Virus record (IMG/VR): IMGVR_UViG_3300018080_004888
Coordinates: 64,001 to 84,523 of that record
Length of the DNA: 20,523 nucleotides
Strand: one strand, 5' to 3'
DNA from: a virus
Taxonomy: Duplodnaviria > Heunggongvirae > Uroviricota > Caudoviricetes
The notes below the pieces were generated by a model that was given only the letters and a program-made list of their open reading frames with translations, was not told the DNA's origin and searched no databases. The position numbers were made by a program, and so were the translations under genes. Below, one piece after another: positions 1 to 7,431 of this stretch. Every line of letters starts with the position of its first letter. Positions within the stretch are counted from its first letter, which is position 1.

Positions 1-1014
1 TTCGTAATCCATCCAGGGTTCTCCTTCTCCTGTTCCAAAAGTTTGAACCCGAATAGAAACAGGATCAACCACTCCGATTGCATACGAAAGTTGAACCCTG
101 GCTTTATCAGCAAAACCGCCAGCTACGAAGGCTTTTGCGAGTTGCCTTGCCGCATAGGCCGCACTTCTGTCTACTTTGGTGGGATCTTTTCCGCTAAATG
201 ATCCTCCACCAATCGGACAATCGGCTCCGTAGTTGTCTACAACGATCTTCCGGCCACTAAGTCCTGTATCGGCAGCAGGACCGCCGAAATTCCATTCGCC
301 AGAAGGATTAAGGATGTACTTCGTGTCTTTCAAGAAATACTTGTAGCCGATCACGTTGGGAACCAATTGCATGATTTGGCTCCGAACTTCATCCAAGCTG
401 ACCCCCTCTTTGTAACAAACAGATACAACGAGAGAATCGACCTTTATAGGCTGGTCGTATTCGTTGTAGATAACTGTAGCCTGCGTCTTGGCATCGGGGA
501 GAAAGATGCTTCCCCATTCATCGCCGTTTCTTTTGCTCTGAATGTCTTTCTGGATCAAATCGATCATGCTGAAAGCGACACTGTGGGCGAGAGGCATGAG
601 ATTCTGTGTCTCTCGACACGCATAGCCAAACATAAGACCTTGATCCCCCGCTCCGATCTCTCCATCGTCCCTGACGACTGCCGCCGCGATCTCGGGGGAT
701 TGAGCCCTAATATGGTTCTCGATAACAACGGTTTTATGGCAGCAACCGTGTTCGGGGCGGTCATAGCCGATATCGTACAGAACCGACCTGACGACTCCTT
801 CGTAGTCTACCTCGCCATTGGAAGTAATCTCTCCCGTCAAGATAACGAGATCACGCGGCCAACTGCTGCTCCCATCTCTTGTCACAACCACTTCGCAGGC
901 CACTCTCGCCTCAGAATCTTGATCCAGGTGAGCGTCCAAGATTGCATCAGCGATCTGATCCGCTACCTTATCTGGATGCCCCGCTGCTACCGCTTCTGAT
1001 GTCCAAGCATACAT
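1..1014 (-). CDS. metK: S-adenosylmethionine synthetase (runs off the left end of the window)
   Basis: Not in the ORF track; translated by hand from ATG at 1014 (AGGTG SD upstream). Shows MYAWTSEAVAAGHPDKVADQIADAILDA, GAGDQGLMFGYA, GGPAADTGLSGRKIVVDNYG and GGGSFSGKDPTKVDRSAAYAAR, all MetK signature motifs. Confidence 0.97.
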   Translation of the reverse strand, partial: MYAWTSEAVAAGHPDKVADQIADAILDAHLDQDSEARVACEVVVTRDGSSSWPRDLVILTGEITSNGEVDYEGVVRSVLYDIGYDRPEHGCCHKTVVIENHIRAQSPEIAAAVVRDDGEIGAGDQGLMFGYACRETQNLMPLAHSVAFSMIDLIQKDIQSKRNGDEWGSIFLPDAKTQATVIYNEYDQPIKVDSLVVSVCYKEGVSLDEVRSQIMQLVPNVIGYKYFLKDTKYILNPSGEWNFGGPAADTGLSGRKIVVDNYGADCPIGGGSFSGKDPTKVDRSAAYAARQLAKAFVAGGFADKARVQLSYAIGVVDPVSIRVQTFGTGEGEPWMDYE

Positions 1015-1025
1015 GTTTTTCACCT

Positions 1026-1547
1026 TTAATTTTGATTAGCTGTTCCCTTCTGCCACAAAGCGTTAAATCTTCCTCCAACCATCGCTGTTATCTCTTGGTG
1101 CTTATCGCTATTCAGTTGTTTCCAATCCGAAAGCGTAGCCTTTTCCCCTTCTCTGTTGATCTTCGCCGTCCTCATGATTTCGGCTTCCGGCGAACTATAC
1201 AACATCATGATAACCTCTTCCTTTTTATCATAGTTTTCCAAACTGGGATTATCTTTATAGTGGTCGATGCCTTCCTGACCATGTGCCATCCAGGCCTCGA
1301 TTAGGATAATGAATTCCTTGATCTTACGGTCAATAATTGCCATTTGGATAGAGGCAAGAATCTTTGGCTTCACTTTCGGATCACCAAACTCTGGAATCCC
1401 GATGATTTTGACCCCATCATCACCCGATACAAACAGAACTGGGCAAAGACTTCCATCTTTCAGGAAATTCCTCTCTGCCATTGCCTGAAATTGATCCATC
1501 ATCCCAATGAGAGGATCGCTTGTGGGGACGTGGCCCGCGTTATACAT
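1026..1547 (-). CDS. hypothetical protein (~173 aa)
   Basis: Start moved from 1652 to ATG 1547 (MYNAGHV...), preceded by AGAAAGG and just downstream of the previous gene's stop. Fits the packed minus-strand array. No recognisable family. Confidence 0.75.
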   Translation of the reverse strand: MYNAGHVPTSDPLIGMMDQFQAMAERNFLKDGSLCPVLFVSGDDGVKIIGIPEFGDPKVKPKILASIQMAIIDRKIKEFIILIEAWMAHGQEGIDHYKDNPSLENYDKKEEVIMMLYSSPEAEIMRTAKINREGEKATLSDWKQLNSDKHQEITAMVGGRFNALWQKGTANQN

Positions 1548-1558
1548 CTCTAACCTTT

Positions 1559-2059
1559 CTAGGCTGCTCGGCCATATTTTTCTTGACGAAGTTCTTGAAT
1601 AGCGGCTTGCTCCACATTCTGTCGTTCTATTTGTTCGGATGGAAGTCCACATTGTTCGGCCTCAGTGTTCCAGTGGTCCCTGAACCAATCGCGGGCCGCC
1701 ATGATGATGTCTTTTCGTTCCTGTATGTCTTCCGGTTCACCTTCTCCGGTTAGGTGTACAATGAATTTGATTTGAGCCTTATAGGCTTCCTTTAGGAATT
1801 GATGCCAGATTTCGATTCTCTTGCAGTTGTCGAGATGTCGGGCAAATCTCTGTTTGTTGATTTTTTCAAGCTCGTCTTCGTAGTTAAACAACGAGTGTCG
1901 TATGTAGTTCAATTTCTCCCTTGGGCTAGCCATGAAGTGGATTTTCTGACGAAACTTTTGGATCATGGCATTTCTGCCGGGCATCTGCTTGCGAATCTTC
2001 TTGAATTCGATCTTTTCGGTGAATAATTCGTGATCTATTAGCCATTCTTTAAACTGCAT
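1559..2059 (-). CDS. hypothetical helical protein with an N-terminal MQFKEWL motif
   Basis: 166-aa ORF fills the gap between its neighbours with only a few bases of spacing. Charged, probably helical. Confidence 0.75.
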   Translation of the reverse strand: MQFKEWLIDHELFTEKIEFKKIRKQMPGRNAMIQKFRQKIHFMASPREKLNYIRHSLFNYEDELEKINKQRFARHLDNCKRIEIWHQFLKEAYKAQIKFIVHLTGEGEPEDIQERKDIIMAARDWFRDHWNTEAEQCGLPSEQIERQNVEQAAIQELRQEKYGRAA

Positions 2060-2062
2060 ACC

Positions 2063-2392
2063 CTATTTAGCGGAATATTCGAGGTTTCCGCATTGAGAGA
2101 GCAAATTATCGGCTACATGCTCCCAAACAACTGTTTCCAACTCGGCCTCAGTAACATCTTCGGCAAGACTAGATCTTCCGTGTTCGATGTTTTCTGGATC
2201 GGTAAATTCTTGCTTTAATTCAGCCGCCAGATTCTTCATAGCCAATTCTGAATCGCCTTTTGCCTGTTCGAACACTTCCTCGGCCTGCTCTCGCCATTCC
2301 CAATAAATATGCTCAACATTCGAAATCCAAGCATGAATGGCCCAAGTTTCCCAATTAGGGGCACCGCGATACACTTTTTCCTCCTTTTTCAT
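2063..2392 (-). CDS. acidic phage hypothetical protein with an NWETW motif
   Basis: ATG 2392 overlaps the upstream TGA (ATGA). YRGAPNWETWAIHAWISN resembles the YNGWxNYETW...W..N motif I recall from small phage proteins. Confidence 0.7.
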   Translation of the reverse strand: MKKEEKVYRGAPNWETWAIHAWISNVEHIYWEWREQAEEVFEQAKGDSELAMKNLAAELKQEFTDPENIEHGRSSLAEDVTEAELETVVWEHVADNLLSQCGNLEYSAK

Positions 2393-3006
2393 GCCCAAGT
2401 ACTGTCGTTGTCGGGGATTATCCTGCCATCGGGGTTCCCGTACTTTTCAATATGGGCAATAAGAACATTAGTACCAAAATCTATTGCGTCTTCTTTGTTC
2501 CCCCACGCACCAAAGTAATCGACCTCCCCATTCGGGCACAGGCCCTTTAATTTCCATTCTCCAAGTGCAAAATGAAGATCAAGAGTGCCTGCAATGATTA
2601 GCCGACCATCCATTATCTCAACAAGCATGTTCTCATCGGCATAATAATCCAAACAATCGGGGTGATTTTTCAAGTGTTCGGTCAAAGCGTGTGCTACATT
2701 ATCCCCTTCAAGAAAAAGAATTTGCCTTCCACATGCCCGGCATCGGGGGGTCTGCGGTCCTGCCAACTCTGAGGCTGTGTATGAAGGCATCGCCTCCCGT
2801 TCCATTTGACTCATCGTTTTTTCTAACGCTCCCCCACAATCCAGACAACGAGGGGCCGATGCCCGACGAAGCTCCCGCCGAAGAACAAAGCGAAGTTTTC
2901 TACAATCTAAACATCGCATACTTACCGTTTTTTCGGTGGATAGTTCGGACGATCTCGGCCTTCCTTTTTTGTAGCTATGTCCCCCGTAATCGCTTATGCG
3001 AGGCAT
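2389..3006 (-). CDS. putative zinc-finger/zinc-ribbon protein
   Basis: Start moved to ATG 3006 (GGAGG SD, directly after the PNKP TGA). Contains CLDC...CLDC and CRAC...H-x3-H-x2-C, plus a basic KKGRPR N-terminus. Confidence 0.7.
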   Translation of the reverse strand: MPRISDYGGHSYKKGRPRSSELSTEKTVSMRCLDCRKLRFVLRRELRRASAPRCLDCGGALEKTMSQMEREAMPSYTASELAGPQTPRCRACGRQILFLEGDNVAHALTEHLKNHPDCLDYYADENMLVEIMDGRLIIAGTLDLHFALGEWKLKGLCPNGEVDYFGAWGNKEDAIDFGTNVLIAHIEKYGNPDGRIIPDNDSTWA

Positions 3007-3007
3007 T

Positions 3008-3946
3008 TCACCCTCCAAAAAAATGTTTCGCATCCTCGTATTGAAAGCCCATACGTTTCGCGAAGGTCTTATCCGAAGTTTGATCCCCAACGTAAAGACA
3101 CTTCGACGGATCAAGCCCATATTCTCTTACAAGCTGAACCCCAAGACCGCTTTGCGGTTTCCGACAATAACAACTCACGGGCGGAACCCGATGCGGGCAA
3201 TAGACATAATCAATGTCTATTGCCAGCAATTCGTTCGTTCGTTCGAAACAAGCTTGAGCGATTTCATCGCTCAAGCCTTTTGCAATAGCAGATTGATTTG
3301 ATACACCCAAGAAAAGCCGATCTTCGAGTTGTTTCAGTCTTTCTTTTCTACCTTTCATTAAGGCAACTTCACTAGGATCTTCCGGCCAATTCTTGGGGCC
3401 GGTCGAATATCGCAGTGTATCGTCGTAATCGAAAATGAGCGCCGAACCGCTACCTTCGATTTTCCAATGCGGAGACTTCCGCACAAAAGGAATTTTCGTA
3501 ACCCTATCAAATCCTTCGCCTGTGCTTGGTTTCTCAAACTCCTTGCGGTATTTGAACAACACAGCAGGAGGGAAAATGTTGGGACTCTTGATCCCTTTCA
3601 TCTCTGCTTGGGTAAAGAAAATCTGGCCGTAATTGTCCCACATGCGATGGAGAGCATTAACCTGGGCTTCTTCCAACGAGGTGCCCATCCACTCGCACCG
3701 AATCGACACTTGCCTTTTGGTTGCATGTCCAATGAATGGGGCACGACTTTCCGCAGTTGGAAAGAGATTATCCAAGACAATATCTTGGTCTTTGGAGATA
3801 GCCGCGATCATTTTGGGGAGAAGGTCGATGACCTTCCCTCCTTCCTTGTCTCTGTTGAGATGGACGTATCCCTTGCGAACATATCCTTCACTTAGGCCAC
3901 TCTTGCCACTGGCCGGGAAGCCCAACACCATTACGATTTCACTCAA
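3008..3946 (-). CDS. polynucleotide kinase / HAD phosphatase (PNKP-like, kinase then phosphatase)
   Basis: N-terminal P-loop GFPASGKS, LNRD, DNLF..ESR and KEFEKPSTGEGF. C-terminal HAD domain with DYDDT, VSNQSAI, CPH-x6-C-x-CRKP and YVGDQTSD. Confidence 0.88.
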   Translation of the reverse strand: MSEIVMVLGFPASGKSGLSEGYVRKGYVHLNRDKEGGKVIDLLPKMIAAISKDQDIVLDNLFPTAESRAPFIGHATKRQVSIRCEWMGTSLEEAQVNALHRMWDNYGQIFFTQAEMKGIKSPNIFPPAVLFKYRKEFEKPSTGEGFDRVTKIPFVRKSPHWKIEGSGSALIFDYDDTLRYSTGPKNWPEDPSEVALMKGRKERLKQLEDRLFLGVSNQSAIAKGLSDEIAQACFERTNELLAIDIDYVYCPHRVPPVSCYCRKPQSGLGVQLVREYGLDPSKCLYVGDQTSDKTFAKRMGFQYEDAKHFFGG

Positions 3947-3955
3947 AGTTCTCTC

Positions 3956-5956
3956 CTAATGCACCCATTCATAAGTGATCTTCTCCATCTGCTTATGAAA
4001 TTCTTCGGAAGTTCTCAAGATCTCCTGCCTCAAATTAGGCAAAGTTTCGCGATCAATCTTTCGGATTTCATCTTCGGTGATACTCAAATCACCCTTCCAA
4101 TTATCGTTGTCGGGACACGATCCCAAGAGTTTGATGACTCGTTCTTGTTGCTCAACGGCAACTTCTCGGGCCTTTTCGGCTTTTTCGATATCATCTTCAA
4201 GAGTATCGATCTTCTTCCGAAGCTCAATTCCAAACCTGAGATTTTGATTGTCGCCAATCGGAATATCGCGTTGGATGATGTTTAAATCAAACCAAGAAAC
4301 AGCCCGATTGCCTTCAAGAACAGTGCTGGTTTCAACACTTATTGTCTCTTCGACAACAAATTGGTACTGTCCGTTGGGCGGGAGAAGGAACATCATGCGT
4401 TGAAAACCAGGATGTTCCTCGACAGGGATTTCCTGATCGTTCAGCGATGCCTTGACGGCACGTTTTCCGTTATAGGGCAAAAGATGGTCGTAGTCGAAGA
4501 CAAACTTAAATTCCTGATCCCGGCTATTTGTGACACGATAGGTCGTCGTCACACAATAATGCATCGCCGTGGTCCCAACGCCCTTTGAGACTTTGAGCGA
4601 CATAAAATCATTGGAATGCAGGCAACTAAGTTCCTCTACCTTTGCCCCTGTTTCCAAAGCATGGGGAAGAATCTGCTTTTCCCCCGGCTTACAGCACGAC
4701 AACACACACGATCCAGCATAGACTCCATCATCATAGACCGTGCAAACACCTCGTCCCAAGGAATGGTCCGTTTCATTGATGAATTTTATCGCTCGGAAAG
4801 GTCGGTCTTTGTGATCCTTTTTGCGATAGAACAAAATTTGTTCATTTTCATTTAGATCAGTATTGAATACTGGAATCGTCGCAGACTCTCCAGCCCCAAT
4901 CGAAATCGGATTTGCCGATTCGAAGATGGAAAAATCACCAATTTCATGGGTTTCGACCTCGGCTTCAAGACCGGGTTCATCGGTATAGTAGATATCCATC
5001 TGGGCATCGCCGCTGGCGAGTTGTTGGAGGACGTTGGCATCATCGTCGGAATATCCCCTCGTAGCCTTCCTTTTACTGTTTCCGGTCGGTCCAGTCGGTC
5101 CAGTCGGTCCCGTTGCCCCTTGGAAGCCCATCGCCGCCAAAGCTCGGCCTTCGACAGGACCAACAGCACTGTCGGCAACTACATTGATCGAATTGCGAGC
5201 AGGAATTTTTGCCCTGGCGAGGTCTGTTCCAAAAGTAATCGGCTCTCCGGTAACCACCGATACAATGAAGTCATTCCAGTCTTCCTCCGTGTTGTTATCA
5301 ACAACGGCGAACCCGTCCAAAGAACAATTCTCGGAATTACAGTTAAGACGATAGCTGATCTTCCAAGCGGCGGCAGGAACCGTGTAGTGAACGATAAAAT
5401 CGGATTGAACGACTTCGCATTCGGGATCAGTATCCGGCTCTACTTCCAAATTGATCGTTGTAGAAAGCGGCCTGATCTTTTCAAACTGGCGACGGAGAGC
5501 TTTGTCCACTTCGGCTTGGATCGCCTCGTCCAAGAAACAAACGTTCGTGATGCTGCTAAACGGCACATTCTGAACACCTGCGTCCGTAAGCAGAGACATC
5601 GCATGACGGGTAACAGCTTCCCCGCCCGTGCCCTCTTGCATCGGAACTAAACCAAACAAGGTTCCTTCGATAGAACCATTCGTTGCACGGTCTATCTTGA
5701 CGCGAGCCCCAACCAGCTTTGTCGTAAGGTCGCATAAAAGATTGGCATGATTGAAACTGAGGCTTGCCTGAGTTTCGTTCTCTGGAATGAAGCTCGGCGG
5801 CTTCTTGAGTTTGACCGCCCCATAAACATTCAGGCTCGCGAGAACATCCCCGATATGAGGCTTCTTTACCGGAATGGAAACGCTTCCCTTTGCAGTATCG
5901 TATGTTCTGCGAAAATCAGCAATTCCGTTGCTGAAAATGGTTACCTTGTTGGGCAT
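3956..5956 (-). CDS. DUF4139-like protein (666 aa)
   Basis: KVTIFSNGIADFRR N-terminus, AWKISYRL and AVVDNNTEEDWNDFIVSVVTGEP, followed by a C-terminal coiled coil. GGAGG SD. Confidence 0.7.
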   Translation of the reverse strand: MPNKVTIFSNGIADFRRTYDTAKGSVSIPVKKPHIGDVLASLNVYGAVKLKKPPSFIPENETQASLSFNHANLLCDLTTKLVGARVKIDRATNGSIEGTLFGLVPMQEGTGGEAVTRHAMSLLTDAGVQNVPFSSITNVCFLDEAIQAEVDKALRRQFEKIRPLSTTINLEVEPDTDPECEVVQSDFIVHYTVPAAAWKISYRLNCNSENCSLDGFAVVDNNTEEDWNDFIVSVVTGEPITFGTDLARAKIPARNSINVVADSAVGPVEGRALAAMGFQGATGPTGPTGPTGNSKRKATRGYSDDDANVLQQLASGDAQMDIYYTDEPGLEAEVETHEIGDFSIFESANPISIGAGESATIPVFNTDLNENEQILFYRKKDHKDRPFRAIKFINETDHSLGRGVCTVYDDGVYAGSCVLSCCKPGEKQILPHALETGAKVEELSCLHSNDFMSLKVSKGVGTTAMHYCVTTTYRVTNSRDQEFKFVFDYDHLLPYNGKRAVKASLNDQEIPVEEHPGFQRMMFLLPPNGQYQFVVEETISVETSTVLEGNRAVSWFDLNIIQRDIPIGDNQNLRFGIELRKKIDTLEDDIEKAEKAREVAVEQQERVIKLLGSCPDNDNWKGDLSITEDEIRKIDRETLPNLRQEILRTSEEFHKQMEKITYEWVH

Positions 5957-5965
5957 TGAAACCTC

Positions 5966-6286
5966 CTAACCTAGTGTGCAATATGCGGCCACCTTTGTGT
6001 GGCCTGGAAATGGGGAACAGGGAACAAATTGCCCCTCTGTCAGAGATGGACGTTTCGGATCGTGAGATCGCCAACGATAGAAATATCTCTTGACGGGACG
6101 CTGGTAAAAACCTTCGTAAATAGCCTCAATAACAACGTGGGGATAGTAGCTTCCTTGATAGATGTTATCGCAGTTGTTTACGACATGATCCTTCGCCAGA
6201 TCGAGATCAAAGAAATACCCCACCGTTCGCCTACGCTCGGGCCGGTCTAGGCAAAATAAGGTCACAACGTAAATTGGTGAGGCCAT
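5966..6286 (-). CDS. phage hypothetical protein
   Basis: 106-aa ORF that fits the array. The RTVGYF..L..A...V..N..IY....Y..VVIE pattern resembles small large-phage proteins. Confidence 0.65.
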   Translation of the reverse strand: MASPIYVVTLFCLDRPERRRTVGYFFDLDLAKDHVVNNCDNIYQGSYYPHVVIEAIYEGFYQRPVKRYFYRWRSHDPKRPSLTEGQFVPCSPFPGHTKVAAYCTLG

Positions 6287-6294
6287 TGTAAAAG

Positions 6295-6326
6295 GAAATT
6301 CGGGCTGGCAAGCCAGCCCGAATTTC
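6295..6326 (-). terminator. probable intrinsic terminator after the Ubl gene
   Basis: 14-bp perfect stem GAAATTCGGGCTGG / CCAGCCCGAATTTC with a CUUG loop on the minus strand, directly after the Ubl TAA. The following U-tract is short (CTTTT). Confidence 0.75.
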
Positions 6327-6674
6327 TTATCCCTTTGTACCAGCTTCTTTCATGAATTCGAGCCTTTGCCCCTGCTTGAGCAGAGTCCCGATCTTATCTT
6401 CGACAAGATGCCCATCGACATAGGCTTCCGCACCTTCTTCAACGCTGAACAAGTCACGGAGGGCATTTTCCGCTTCTGCGACGGAGAGCCCTTGGAAGTC
6501 CATCATGACGGTATGGGCACCATACTTACACTCGACTTTACCGAGGGCTTGTTCGGCCTTTGCCACAACGTCCATAACATTTGGACGCTTTTGCTCTTGT
6601 CCACCCGCACCGCTTTCTTCGGGACCGCCAGTGGGACCATAACCAGGGGTTGGCTTGATTTGTTCTTTAGCCAT
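6327..6674 (-). CDS. ubiquitin-like (beta-grasp) protein ending ...LEFMKEAGTKG
   Basis: Start moved to ATG 6674 (GGAG SD). The C-terminal GTKG-stop resembles PRTRC system protein C. A ~70-aa beta-grasp-like core follows a G/P/E-rich N-terminal extension. Confidence 0.85.
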   Translation of the reverse strand: MAKEQIKPTPGYGPTGGPEESGAGGQEQKRPNVMDVVAKAEQALGKVECKYGAHTVMMDFQGLSVAEAENALRDLFSVEEGAEAYVDGHLVEDKIGTLLKQGQRLEFMKEAGTKG

Positions 6675-7431
6675 TCGATACAATCTCCTTTTCTCGGTAT
6701 TGTTTGAAGTTTTGTTTGTTGTCAGTAACATTCCCATTTAGATCGAAGAATATTTCGTCGTATCCCAGGATCTCATGGAGAAATGATTCAGGTTTATCCA
6801 CCCAACCGTGGAACATATTCAGCATCAATGCTGCGGCCATGTTGTTGGCGATCAGCAGTTGCGGAGCCGCCTCGGCCTCTTCCAGGCATCCCGAACGATC
6901 TTCCTCTTCGTTCGGGTGAAGGTCAATTGGATTTTCGATTTCCTTATGTACGTCATGCATTGGAGGCGTTAGGTTCTCTCCATCTTTGCGAATGAATACC
7001 TGCACATTGCCATCGGTAAAATCATTCCCTCCGCTGAATAGTACGACATTCTCCAATTCTTCTGCACAGTAATGGGAAACCAAACGTCTGGTCTGGTGGT
7101 TGTCTACACACAGGAAGACAACATCTCCGTCCTGGAGCAGCAATGTAGCATTTTCATCGTCAATGTAAAGAGGGAATGCCGTAAAAAACAAATTGGGAAA
7201 CATATTCTCCAGATCATGTACGGTGACCTCAGCCTTATTTCCCCGCTCCACGAATTTCTGCCGGTCTTTGTTCCTTTCTTCATAGGAATCTCCGTCGATG
7301 ATCCCAACGTCCACTTGACCGAAAGAATATCGAGCAGAACCGAAATTCAACACACGGCACAATATGGGAAGAAGGCATCCACCGATCCCACCGGCACCGA
7401 TGACTTTAACCCTCAGATTGTCCATCTTCAT
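6667..7431 (-). CDS. E1-like ThiF family adenylyltransferase
   Basis: VIGAGGIGG Rossmann motif, IIDGDSYEERNKDRQ, LCVDNHQTRR and SGGND. Putative catalytic Cys in RSGCLEE (codon 6886-6888), followed by PQLLIANNMAA. Confidence 0.93.
   Translation of the reverse strand: MKMDNLRVKVIGAGGIGGCLLPILCRVLNFGSARYSFGQVDVGIIDGDSYEERNKDRQKFVERGNKAEVTVHDLENMFPNLFFTAFPLYIDDENATLLLQDGDVVFLCVDNHQTRRLVSHYCAEELENVVLFSGGNDFTDGNVQVFIRKDGENLTPPMHDVHKEIENPIDLHPNEEEDRSGCLEEAEAAPQLLIANNMAAALMLNMFHGWVDKPESFLHEILGYDEIFFDLNGNVTDNKQNFKQYREKEIVSNG

Noticed and set aside
367-999. 210-aa plus-strand ORF and the other plus-strand ORFs in the track
   Set aside because: They are antisense to clearly identifiable minus-strand genes (here metK) and show no motifs.
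2106-2113. Perfect sigma28 -10 box GCCGATAA
   Set aside because: It lies inside a CDS and has no TAAA -35 element at the correct spacing.
6327-7431. ThiS/ThiF or MoaD/MoeB sulfur-carrier pair
   Set aside because: The adjacent E2 and JAB genes, the GTKG terminus and the absence of thiamine or molybdopterin genes favour protein conjugation.
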